From Desulfobacterales bacterium (GTDB lineage: Bacteria; Desulfobacterota; Desulfobacteria; Desulfobacterales; 4572-123), in NCBI GenBank assembly GCA_029939715.1, contig JAOZSJ010000006.1, forward strand, positions 1 through 63,042: 63,042 bases of DNA, given 5' to 3'. The notes under the pieces were generated by a model. It searched no databases and was not told the DNA's origin. It saw only the letters and a list, made by a program, of their open reading frames with translations. The stretch's first letter is position 1. Each line of letters begins with the position of its first letter. This document shows, one piece after another, positions 28,701 to 36,223 of the stretch. The position numbers and the translations under genes are program-made.

Positions 28701-29929
28701 GGGCTGTTGTGGAGCGGACTGTTTTCAACCGGCGCTGTAAAATTAAGTGACGGCGGCAGGGTCTTGTGATGGATCGCCAGCAGGGTTTTGATCATGCCTG
28801 CTGCCCCGGCCGCGGTGAGCAGATGGCCGGTCATGGATTTGATACTGCCGATGGCGCACTGGCCGGTTTTCCAGCCGGAATTGCCCCAGAGATTTTTTAG
28901 GCTCCTTAATTCCGTGATATCCCCCACCGGTGTTCCGGCTCCGTGGCATTCGATATGATCCACGTCCCGTGGAGCCCATTCGGCCTGTTCATAGGCGGCC
29001 TGCATGGCCCGCACCTGCCCTTCACTGCTGGGAGCCAGAAGGTTGCCTTCGATATCATTGGAGATGCCGATTCCCTTGATGACGCTCCAGATTGTGTCCT
29101 GATGGCACAGGGCGTCTTCCAGGCGTTTCAGCACAAGGATACCGGCGCCTTCGCCCACCACCAGCCCGTCGGCGGTTTTGTCAAAGGGCGCACAGTGTCC
29201 GGAAGGGGAGATGGCTCTGAGCTGGCTGAAACCTATCTGGGTATAAAGAGATGCGGGCCGGGATACGCCTCCGGCGAGCATGGCATCGGCCCTGAAGGAA
29301 GATAATTCGTCACATGCCAGTTTTACGGCATAAAGTGAGGAGGCACAGGCCGCATCCAGGGTAAACGATCCCCCGCCCAGGTTCAGACCGCGTGCCAGAA
29401 TGGCTGCCGGCAGGGCCGTAACCCGGCCGGCCAGGGCCTGGCCGCGGGTCAGATGCATAATTTTTGAATCAGCCGGAGATCGACCCGTCAATTTCTCTTC
29501 AAAAGAGCGTCCCAGCACGATTCCGGCAATCCTGGAGGCTGAATCGGTGGGCAGGGCAATGGCTCCCAGGGTAACCCCGACGCGGCTTTTGTCCAGTGAG
29601 GCTGTTCGTGTTCCTGCAAAAGCCTGTCTCCCTGCATGCAGAACCAGATGATACAATGGGTCCAGGTCCATGATAAGAGCCGGGTCCAGGTCCAGGCCGG
29701 CGGGATCAAACTTGAAATTTTCAACCAGACAGGCCCTTTTTGAAAGGGCTTTGTCCGGCAGCGGGGTCGAATCGTACAGGTCCTTGATGGGCGCAATCCA
29801 GCGTTTCGACGGCACCGGGCCTGCGGCATCGATTTTATCGATAAGATTCCGCCAGAATGCATCCAGGGTATTGGCCCCGGGAAAAACCCCGCCTATTCCG
29901 ACGATTGCAATGGGATGTTTTTTATTCAT
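22790..29929 (-). CDS. PfaBC-type PUFA synthase subunit (KS-CLF-AT-FabA-like DH repeats)
   Basis: KS DAACASS/ECHGAGT/GHLL; second KS with Cys replaced (SGEETSG, CLF-like); AT FPGSG...GYSLG; FabA-like DH motifs WFLTCHF..DMVMPG and WFFKAHF..DPVCPG plus pseudo-DH units; no ACP, KR or ER motif seen. Confidence 0.9.
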   Translation of the reverse strand: MNKKHPIAIVGIGGVFPGANTLDAFWRNLIDKIDAAGPVPSKRWIAPIKDLYDSTPLPDKALSKRACLVENFKFDPAGLDLDPALIMDLDPLYHLVLHAGRQAFAGTRTASLDKSRVGVTLGAIALPTDSASRIAGIVLGRSFEEKLTGRSPADSKIMHLTRGQALAGRVTALPAAILARGLNLGGGSFTLDAACASSLYAVKLACDELSSFRADAMLAGGVSRPASLYTQIGFSQLRAISPSGHCAPFDKTADGLVVGEGAGILVLKRLEDALCHQDTIWSVIKGIGISNDIEGNLLAPSSEGQVRAMQAAYEQAEWAPRDVDHIECHGAGTPVGDITELRSLKNLWGNSGWKTGQCAIGSIKSMTGHLLTAAGAAGMIKTLLAIHHKTLPPSLNFTAPVENSPLHNSPFHVQTHPRPWVARDDKNPRRAAVSAFGFGGINAHLLLEEYCLKKTTDRDKLPLELSSPPGHTDKDIPDIAIVGMDTRFGSLNNLHDFQLAVFNGSGTICKRPEFRFKGGDNTAKRYLGTSAAYGAFMENITLEPGKFRIPPRELAQILPQHLVLLEVAAAAMQDAGLPLREPRKRMGAVMGIGFDYEATNFHLRWGLVNKIAQWQKDLGLNLDAEQTHAWLEALQNQIAPPLTHARTLGALAGIIASRVAREFRLGGPSFTVSGEETSGLKAMDIAVRSLQQHRTDIMLAGAVDMAGDLRNIILSHALRPFAADSTVHPFDMAAAGPLPGDGAACLVLKRLTTAIRDGDRIYAVIKGFGHAGGGGIDQAADHKTYVRSLERCFAEARIPPETLSFMETHGSGDPIEDKTEARALHAFFTRFNSPCAIGALAPVIGHTGAAAGMASAVKTAMSLYQEIIPPLPGFKHADPANWSTDRFHIPIQPQYWLRNREEGPRRACAAAMTTDGNCTHLLLEAYDGLLSEKTQQQVDRERKYPMGNLPAGLFVVRGHTGNSMDEALDRLKRFVEKFPEKSINQGSMDSMARAWYAHMPADSKENYATAIVATDQHQLLKLIDQARNKTADNGRFTNKNSGNLFFSSNPIAEAGKIAFVFPGSGNHYLGMGRGIGTCWPEVLRGMDQKTGHLKTQMLPQYYIPWRSDWSKGWEKDAKDRITKDPHHMIYGQVMHGGVMSDLVRNFNIEPDAMIGYSLGESAGLFALGAWPDRGQMQRRLIDSTLFTTQLAGDCTAARKVWQIPANEAVNWCAAAINRPAAQVKKAIKKHPQTRLLIINTPNECVIGGRRPQVEALIRDIACEAIFLEGIVTVHCDAAGPAGDEYRALHVFPTTAQDRITFYSCAKAQAHDLTSDSAADSILSQALCGFDFPATIKQAWNDGVRIFLEMGPHNSCTRMIRHILTDRPHMAISACARFEDDALTVLKLLGALIAQRVPVNLDFLYPGPPPVQVNESSQSKKPALSDAALIVLPAGGRPPCPEPPAVNPAAAQTDSHAGRNQKNIDKSHRPAVKTDPEPAVSDDAGLFDNQISKNSPGDVNPYTELIQGMAKSMEATAEAHRKFLDFSKQTSRAFADTFELQNQLLKTAITGKIPMPEATLATAESQPARGPIPTPDIAPAFSREMCMEFATGSAERVLGPEFAVVDTFDARVRLPDEPLMLVDRILSVTGDKLSMDRGTLVTEHDVKPGAWYLDGNRAPVCIAVEAGQADLFLCSYLGIDHKVKGQRTYRLLDAVVTFHRGLPRPGEVIRYTINIDKFIRQGETWLFFFNFKGTINEKPLITMKDGCAGFFTEQEVISSGGIIRGEKDTPAQTGKTPPGWHIPVPFTRSKLNDKSLDALRRGEMEKAFGSHFKGIILPESQRLPGGRLRLIDRILDLDPKGGQYALGLVEAQADIHPDDWFLTCHFVDDMVMPGTLMYECCAHTLRVLLQRMGWVVPGPRIVFEPVIGIKSRLKCRGPVTPKTRHVIYRVEIKEIGFNPEPYVIADAHMLADNHYIVFFENMSLKLSNTSRDEIEAFWKAGPDIGHDIGRDIRQGHETLLSPPLFDKKHMLEFAVGKPSLAFGDAYQPFDRDRFIARLPGEPYLFIHRVTKVDIPPWIPTTGIWIETQCDVKPSDWYFAADRGRAMPLCILNEIALQPCGWSAAYMGSALKSDRALHFRNLGGHATLYRDILPRSGIVSMRTRLTRFSQTGDMLIVDFDFEIMQEGEMIYAGHTNFGFFTKQALEQQKGITATEPAWPGKDEINHSAPEILPHTAPLFPGDPNTAPASGTMANMPARALSMIDTIDAYVPEGGPDKLGFIRGSKHVDPNEWFFKAHFYQDPVCPGSLGLESFIQLLKYAALEKWPRLAGTHRFSLVTGAAHDWTYRGQILPGSSLIQVEAVITEVQETPVPMILADGILKIDGLCIYKMDNFGIRMVEED

Positions 29930-30067
29930 TAGTTTGAACTTTTAATCCACTGTGAATTTTGCATGCTGTATACCATGGTGCGAGTCGATGCTCAACCGGA
30001 AAAGAAAACTATAAGGAGGGTAAAAGCTGCCAGCCCATTCGTATATTGAATTTAAAACCGGATTTAT

Positions 30068-30097
30068 TTGACATGGGTTTTAAAATTTCTGTATTAT
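30068..30097 (+). promoter_or_regulatory. Putative sigma70 promoter for PilZ-pyrD
   Basis: TTGACA-18 nt-TATTAT. Confidence 0.45.
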
Positions 30098-30156
30098 GGC
30101 ATGTACTCTGGAAAATGCCTTTAATGAAGTAGAAAAATTAAAAATGGAGGCAGATT

Positions 30157-30537
30157 ATGAATCATCGACAGAAAACAGAAGAAAGAAGAAGATTCAGGCG
30201 GTTTGGGGTACTTGGCCGGGGGTTTTCGGTTGTTCATTACGATTCCGGAGAAATTATAGGGGAGCTTGCGGATATCAGCAGCGGCGGAATGGCATTTTTG
30301 TCAGAGCCCGATGAATTTTTCATGCCCGAGTATTCTAAAATTGATCTCCTGCAGCTTTCCGATGGCGTCCTTTTGAACAGCGTTCCTGTGCGGCATGTTT
30401 CAAGTACCGACGGTTATTTTGAAATAAACCGGCAGAGGATGAAAATGGTGCGCAACAGCCTTGGTTTCCAGGCCCTGGATTCTGATCAGCAAAAAGAACT
30501 GGGAAAGTTTATCCGTAATTATGCCCAAATTCAATGA
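30157..30537 (+). CDS. PilZ domain protein
   Basis: RxxxR (ERRRFRR) and DxSxxG (DISSGG) c-di-GMP-binding motifs. Confidence 0.85.
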   Translation: MNHRQKTEERRRFRRFGVLGRGFSVVHYDSGEIIGELADISSGGMAFLSEPDEFFMPEYSKIDLLQLSDGVLLNSVPVRHVSSTDGYFEINRQRMKMVRNSLGFQALDSDQQKELGKFIRNYAQIQ

Positions 30538-30546
30538 AAGAGCATC

Positions 30547-31488
30547 ATGGGAAAATACAGACCTGACCTGAGCGTGGATATCGGCGGAATAAAAATCAAG
30601 AATCCTGTAATGACGGCTTCGGGAACATTTGGATATGCGCGGGAGTTTGAAAACCTGGTCGATCTGGATCGTCTGGGCGCAGTCATTGTCAAGGGGCTTT
30701 CCCTGGAACCCTCAAAAGGAAATCCACCGCCCAGGATCGTTGAGGCCAGGTGCGGGATGCTCAACGCCATCGGCCTTGAAAATGTCGGTATAGATGCCTT
30801 TGTCAATGATAAACTGCCTTTTCTCGAGAAATTGTCGGCACCGACCCTTGTTAATATATACGGTACCAGTATCGATCAGTACGCTCAACTCGCGGCCCGC
30901 ATGGAAAATATACCGGGCATTGCCGGGATGGAAGTAAATATTTCATGCCCCAATGTCAAGGCCGGGGGGGTTGCATTCGGGGTCGATCCTGTTGCGGCCC
31001 ATGCAGTGGTGAAAGCTGTGCGGGAGCAGACTACCAAACCGGTGATGGTCAAGCTGACGCCCAATGTAACCGATATTACGGAAATCGCACGATCCGTTGA
31101 GGCGGCAGGAGCAGATTCAGTCTCCCTGATCAATACCATTACCGGCATGGCAGTGGATATTGAATCCCGCAGGCCCAGGCTTGCCAATGTTACCGGCGGG
31201 CTTTCGGGCCCTGCAATTAAACCGGTGGCCCTGCGTATGGTCTGGCAGGTTGCCCGAACCGTTAAAATCCCCGTGATCGGCGTCGGCGGCATTATGTCGG
31301 CGACAGATGCCCTGGAGTTTTTGATTGCCGGGGCGACTGCAGTTCAGGTAGGTACCGCCAACTTTGTAAATCCCAAAGCTACCATGGATATACTCGACGG
31401 TATTGAATCCTTTCTGGAGCAAAATGGTGTCGAAAAAATAACCGAAATCATCGGCACCCTCATCATTTCTAAATTATCGGACAAATAA
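30547..31488 (+). CDS. pyrD: Dihydroorotate dehydrogenase family 1B catalytic subunit
   Basis: ASGTFG, NAIGLENVG, EVNISCPNV, KLTPNV, GGLSGPAIKP. Confidence 0.95.
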   Translation: MGKYRPDLSVDIGGIKIKNPVMTASGTFGYAREFENLVDLDRLGAVIVKGLSLEPSKGNPPPRIVEARCGMLNAIGLENVGIDAFVNDKLPFLEKLSAPTLVNIYGTSIDQYAQLAARMENIPGIAGMEVNISCPNVKAGGVAFGVDPVAAHAVVKAVREQTTKPVMVKLTPNVTDITEIARSVEAAGADSVSLINTITGMAVDIESRRPRLANVTGGLSGPAIKPVALRMVWQVARTVKIPVIGVGGIMSATDALEFLIAGATAVQVGTANFVNPKATMDILDGIESFLEQNGVEKITEIIGTLIISKLSDK

Positions 31489-31639
31489 TTTTCAATCGTT
31501 ATTTATTTTTATGGCATAAATAAATAGTTGGCATAAATAATAAAATAAATAATATTTACTTGAAAAAGAGGTGCCGCAATAGTATAGCTGTACCAGTTGA
31601 AGAATTTGTCAAAAAACCCGAGATAAAAGGAGTGTCTAA

Positions 31640-32077
31640 ATGAAAAAATTGCTTATGCTGGTTGCTTGTATGACGCTGTTTATGGCTGGTAATGTCTGTG
31701 CTCAGGATGCCGATGCAATTCTTGGCGGATGGTATACAAAGGATTCAAAGGCACTGGTCGAGATTTATAAATGCGGTGATCTGTACTGCGGCAAAATTGT
31801 ATGGCTCAAAGAACCTCTGGATGATGACGGCAACGAAAAGCTGGATGACAATAATCCGGATGAATCAAAGCGCACAAATAAAATAATCGGATTGAACCTT
31901 GTCAGCAATTTTAAATTTAAAAAGAAAAACAGATGGGCTGGGGGGACTATTTATGATCCCGACAACGGTAAGACCTATTCCTGCAAGATGACACTTAACG
32001 GCGATAAATTAAAGGTGAGGGGATTTATCGGGATTTCTCTTATCGGTAGGACCCAGGTGTGGAATAAAAAATCATAA
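31640..32077 (+). CDS. DUF2147 family exported protein
   Basis: Signal peptide; GKIVW; W.GGTIYDPDNGKTYSC; VRGFIGISLIGRTQVW. Confidence 0.85.
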   Translation: MKKLLMLVACMTLFMAGNVCAQDADAILGGWYTKDSKALVEIYKCGDLYCGKIVWLKEPLDDDGNEKLDDNNPDESKRTNKIIGLNLVSNFKFKKKNRWAGGTIYDPDNGKTYSCKMTLNGDKLKVRGFIGISLIGRTQVWNKKS

Positions 32078-32092
32078 AAAAAGGAGTTTCTT

Positions 32093-32674
32093 ATGCTAAA
32101 AAAAATACTGGCCGGCATGATGATTGTTTTGGTAAGTATCTGTTTCAGCGGTATCGGATCTGCCGGCGATATGGAAATTCTGGGTGTTACCTTTCCCGGA
32201 GAAAAAGTGATTGCCGGCAAGACGCTTAAACTGAATGGTGTGGCCTACAGAAAAGCGTTTGGCATTGTCAAAGTCTTTGTTTCCGGGCTTTACCTGGAAA
32301 ACCCCACCCATGATGCCAAAGAAGCCATCGAGTCCGAGCAGGTCAAGTATCTTCTGACCCATTATCTGACGACTAAGGCCACCGCAAAAAAACTTAAGGA
32401 AGGGTTCATCGACGTGATCGAAAAATGCAATCCTCCGGATATGGTCCGAATCCATAAAGCCGATATCGAAAAATATGCCTCCTGGCTGGACAAAGACATG
32501 GCGCCCGGACTTACATCGGCTTCCACGTATATCCCCGGTAAGGGGTTGACCCTTGAATACCAGGGCGAGTTGCGGGGGACGATTCCCGGAAAAGAATTCG
32601 CACAGATGTATTATCGCTACAACTTCGGCAAGAAAGCCAAAAAGAACATCAGAAAGGGCCTGCTCGGACTGTGA
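32093..32674 (+). CDS. Chalcone-isomerase-fold (Chalcone_3-like) exported protein
   Basis: Signal peptide; LKLNGVAYRK...KVFVSGLYL; IPGKG; GTIPGKEFA. Confidence 0.7.
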   Translation: MLKKILAGMMIVLVSICFSGIGSAGDMEILGVTFPGEKVIAGKTLKLNGVAYRKAFGIVKVFVSGLYLENPTHDAKEAIESEQVKYLLTHYLTTKATAKKLKEGFIDVIEKCNPPDMVRIHKADIEKYASWLDKDMAPGLTSASTYIPGKGLTLEYQGELRGTIPGKEFAQMYYRYNFGKKAKKNIRKGLLGL

Positions 32675-32714
32675 GAAAATGTTTTTTAAACCGGAACAGA
32701 TTAAATCCGTGGTG

Positions 32715-32751
32715 AATCGTAGGGTGGGCCGTGCCCACCAATAGGCAGAAT
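32715..32751 (+). repeat. REP-like palindromic element, copy 2
   Basis: GTAG followed by perfect GGTGGGC-cgt-GCCCACC hairpin. Confidence 0.8.
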
Positions 32752-32760
32752 TCATTATTC

Positions 32761-33089
32761 CTTGTCTGCAGGACCCTGCCGTTATTTACGGCCCAGATAT
32801 AAAGCAGCCAGTTGAATGCTACTATAATGGAGCTTAAAAGCAGAACCGGCATGGTGCGCGGATTCAAAAGGGCGGCGGAGACTTCTCCCCAGCGGCGTTT
32901 AGTCACCAGCAGAGGGATCAGGAATAGAAAAGACCATATTATCCGGTGGTTGATTATTTCTAAAGCCGGAACTGCGGATAGAAGTTTCCAGTAAAGCGGG
33001 CTTAACCCCCAGATCAAAAATGCCGAAACCCCGCAAAGTATCCCTTTCAGCTTTTCAGAACCGGGGTTTGCCGATGAAATTTCATTCAT
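32761..33089 (-). pseudogene. rarD: 3'-truncated RarD (EamA) transporter
   Basis: AFLIWGLSPLYWK, HRIIWS, NWLLYIWAVNNGRVLQ match the RarD N-terminal half; the expected LGYYINP and second EamA repeat are absent, and the frame runs into the REP element. Confidence 0.8.
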
Positions 33090-33236
33090 ATTTCCACCAA
33101 TCTTTTTCTTTCTGCTTGATTTTCTCAGGAAGAACACCTTCAATTTCCAGTCTAACCAGCTTCAGCCTGACTATTTGAGTAGTTACGATCATTTTTTCTA
33201 CTCCAATCGGACGGAGGGGTCAAGAAAATCAAGAGT

Positions 33237-33265
33237 TTGACTTGAGCTTTTCGGCAAAGTATAAC
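33237..33265 (+). promoter_or_regulatory. Putative sigma70 promoter
   Basis: TTGACT-17 nt-TATAAC upstream of the THUMP methyltransferase. Confidence 0.55.
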
Positions 33266-33335
33266 TCATTGGCAGGAAGAATAAATTTATAAAAAAAGAC
33301 GAGGAATAACCCGATTTTACATTTTTTGAAATTGG

Positions 33336-34547
33336 GTGAAAACAGAAATAGTTATGGAAAGTAAAAATCGCGTCATCAGGCGCAAAAAGGGCAGTCGGCC
33401 TGTGTCAGCCTATCAATACCGGCAGAATTCACGTTATTTCGCCCAGATCGCCGAAGGGATAAAGCATGCCGGTGCGCAAGAATTGGCCGAGCTTGGGGCA
33501 GAGGATATTGCCCTGGAATATCGCGGAATTTATTTCAGGGCGGACAAGGCGACATTGTATCGGATCAATTATTTGACAAGACTTGTTTCAAGGTGCCTTG
33601 CGCCTTTAAAATCATTTGCCTGCCCTGACACCGATGTTTTGTACCGGTGTGCAAAGCAGATCACATGGGAAGATTTTATTTCTCAAGGCAGCACATTTGC
33701 AGTGTTCGCCAATGTTTCCGACAGCGCTATCTCTCATTCCAGGTATGCATCTTTGCGCCTCAAAGATGCCGTCGTTGATTATTTCAGGGAGATGACCGGC
33801 AGACGGCCGAATGTGTCTGTGCGGGATCCTGATGTTTTACTGAATCTTCATGTCCGGCATGACAAGGCGGAGATAAGTGTTGATACGTCCGGCGGCGCAC
33901 TGCACCGGAGGGGCTACAGGATAGAGACGGTTTCGGCGCCCATGCAGGAAACCATTGCGGCGGCCATTATTCGTTTTGCAAAGTGGGACGGCTCGATCCC
34001 CTTATACGATCCCATGAGCGGATCAGGGACTCTTTTATGTGAAGCCCTTATGCATTACTGCCATATTCCGGCAGGCATATTCAGGAATAAATTCGGTTTT
34101 GAGTGCCTTCCTGATTTTGATGGCGGGATCTGGAAACAGGTGAAAAAAAAGGCTGACACGGATATCAGGCCCCTGCCGCGGGGATTGATTGCGGGAAGTG
34201 ATATATCTGAAATTTCAGTTGCCGCGGCCAGGACAAACATCATGGGACTGCATCACGGAAAAAATGTAAAAATTGAAAAATCTGATTTCCGGGCGCTGCC
34301 TGCCTTTGAAAAGCACGTTATTGTCGCCAATCCGCCTTATGGCATTCGCATGGGGGCAGGTGAGGATCTTGACGCATTTTATAAGGATCTGGGGGATTTT
34401 CTAAAACAGAAATGCTCTGGTTCAAACGCATATATCTATTTTGGAGACCGGGCATATATTAAAAAGGTCGGCCTGAAAGCATCATGGAAAAAGCCCATCA
34501 GGGCCGGGGGACTTGACGGTCGTCTTGTCAAGTATGAACTGCATTGA
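33336..34547 (+). CDS. rlmL: THUMP-domain RNA methyltransferase (RlmL-like, m2G)
   Basis: LHRRGYR, APMQETIAAA, DPMSGSGT, NPPYG. Start may be ATG 33354. Confidence 0.8.
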   Translation: MKTEIVMESKNRVIRRKKGSRPVSAYQYRQNSRYFAQIAEGIKHAGAQELAELGAEDIALEYRGIYFRADKATLYRINYLTRLVSRCLAPLKSFACPDTDVLYRCAKQITWEDFISQGSTFAVFANVSDSAISHSRYASLRLKDAVVDYFREMTGRRPNVSVRDPDVLLNLHVRHDKAEISVDTSGGALHRRGYRIETVSAPMQETIAAAIIRFAKWDGSIPLYDPMSGSGTLLCEALMHYCHIPAGIFRNKFGFECLPDFDGGIWKQVKKKADTDIRPLPRGLIAGSDISEISVAAARTNIMGLHHGKNVKIEKSDFRALPAFEKHVIVANPPYGIRMGAGEDLDAFYKDLGDFLKQKCSGSNAYIYFGDRAYIKKVGLKASWKKPIRAGGLDGRLVKYELH

Positions 34548-34572
34548 TTTGAAGATTGATATGGGGGGTTCG

Positions 34573-35445
34573 ATGGATAGTAAAGAGTTTGGATTAGTCG
34601 CAGCACAGCAGCTTTTTCAAGTGCAAGATTTACATTATGGATTCTGGGAAGAGGGGGAAATTCCATCAGTCAAGAATTTTTTTGAGGCGCAGAATAAACA
34701 TACTTTATTTTTATTTAAATATATTGAGGAAGCTATCAATGCCGATAAGAAATGCAAGATATTGGATATTGGTTGTGGGATTGGAATAACAACTAAGAAG
34801 CTTCTAAAGTTGGGATATAGAGTCGACGGACTCGTCCCATCTAGTTGGATGGCACAAAAGGCCAGAAAAAACACCCAGCCGTATAAAGATAAAACCAGAG
34901 GTGAGATTTATGAATGTAATCTTGAGGATTTTCCAATTGCATATTTGAGTGAAAAATATCGGAATGTATTTTTTAGCGAGAGTTTTCAATACGTTAATAT
35001 GCAAAAGGCCTTTGATATATTTAATCTGATTTTATCTGAAACCGGAACAGTTATCATCTTTGATTTTTTTAAAAGAGACGGCGTGACAGGGAAATCCCCA
35101 ATGGGAGGGGGGCATTCAATAGGTAAGTTTTATGAAACCGTAAAAAGAAATGGCTACACAATTCATACTGATTTAGACGTGACGAAAAATTTAAGCCCTA
35201 ATCTGAAGCTTCTGAACGATATCTTAGTTAACCGGGCTATTCCTTTCAGCAAAACTCTCGATGCGTTTCTTTCGAGCAGGTATAAAGTTTTGTACAGATT
35301 ATTAAAATATACATTTAGAAAAAAATTGGGGAAAATGAACTACAAATATTCCCAAAGACGTAATGAAGAAAACTTCCAAAAATTCAAAACCTATCGATTG
35401 TTTGTTTTAAAAAAACTTGACAATCGGACAATCGCAGCGTTATAA
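34573..35445 (+). CDS. Class I SAM-dependent methyltransferase (AT-rich)
   Basis: LHYGFW, ILDIGCGIG, FSESFQY; start probably ATG 34573 (or 34561). Confidence 0.8.
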   Translation: MDSKEFGLVAAQQLFQVQDLHYGFWEEGEIPSVKNFFEAQNKHTLFLFKYIEEAINADKKCKILDIGCGIGITTKKLLKLGYRVDGLVPSSWMAQKARKNTQPYKDKTRGEIYECNLEDFPIAYLSEKYRNVFFSESFQYVNMQKAFDIFNLILSETGTVIIFDFFKRDGVTGKSPMGGGHSIGKFYETVKRNGYTIHTDLDVTKNLSPNLKLLNDILVNRAIPFSKTLDAFLSSRYKVLYRLLKYTFRKKLGKMNYKYSQRRNEENFQKFKTYRLFVLKKLDNRTIAAL

Positions 35446-35524
35446 ATACTGACTGAGCGCTCGTTCATAATTTTAGCATTATAATACTTCCGATTCATAT
35501 CAGGGTTAACTTTACGGCTCCAAC

Positions 35525-36175
35525 ATGATGAACATGAATTCAAAGCAGGGTGGAATAAAGGATGTGCCTACCCACATCAAAAATCCTGATCTGGTTGAAA
35601 AGAGACGCCGGCAGATCGTTGATGCGGCAGTCGGGCTGTTTGTTGAAAAAGGGTTTCACAAGACAACTACCCGGCAGATTGCCCTGGCAGCGGGGTTTTC
35701 CATAGGATCTTTATACGAATATGTGGGCTCCAAGGAGGATGTATTATACCTGGTCTGTGATGCCATCCATGCTGAAGTCGAGCGTGCGGTAACCGAAGCA
35801 TTAAACAGGGCTAAAAGCGGTAAAAGCGCGTTGACTGAAGTTATTCGCGAATATTTTCTGGTATGCCATCGCATGAGCGATCATATTCTTTTGATTTATC
35901 AGGAAACCCAGTCTCTTCCTCTTCAATGGCGTAAGCATGTCCTGGAAAATGAAGTGCGAATCACTGGAATTTTCATGGATGCCCTGGCCCACCTTATTGC
36001 CAATGGAGATCTGCCCTGGCTCACTGAGCGATCCCTGGAAATGGTGGCTCACAATATATCCGTAATGGGGCATATGTGGACTTTCAGGCGCTGGTTTCTG
36101 GCGCGTCATTACAGTATTGAGGATTACATAGAACTTCAAACCGAATTTATTCTCAATCGGCGGCATGCCGAATAA
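35525..36175 (+). CDS. TetR/AcrR family regulator
   Basis: RRQIVDAAVGLFVEKGFHKTTTRQIA...GSLYEYV HTH. Confidence 0.92.
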   Translation: MMNMNSKQGGIKDVPTHIKNPDLVEKRRRQIVDAAVGLFVEKGFHKTTTRQIALAAGFSIGSLYEYVGSKEDVLYLVCDAIHAEVERAVTEALNRAKSGKSALTEVIREYFLVCHRMSDHILLIYQETQSLPLQWRKHVLENEVRITGIFMDALAHLIANGDLPWLTERSLEMVAHNISVMGHMWTFRRWFLARHYSIEDYIELQTEFILNRRHAE

Positions 36176-36223
36176 TAAATAATTCATATAAAAGCCTGGT
36201 GTAAGCAGGGCAAAGGAGAGGAT

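Noticed and set aside
22775-29945. Many + strand ORFs opposite the PUFA synthase
   Set aside because: Antisense shadows of a GC-rich long CDS with no recognisable domains.
30547-31488. pyrD without adjacent pyrK
   Set aside because: pyrK may simply be encoded elsewhere; not informative from one window.
31512-31540. TGGCATAAATA direct repeat as a sigma54 promoter
   Set aside because: No TTGC at the -12 position; may be a TF site, but there is no further support.
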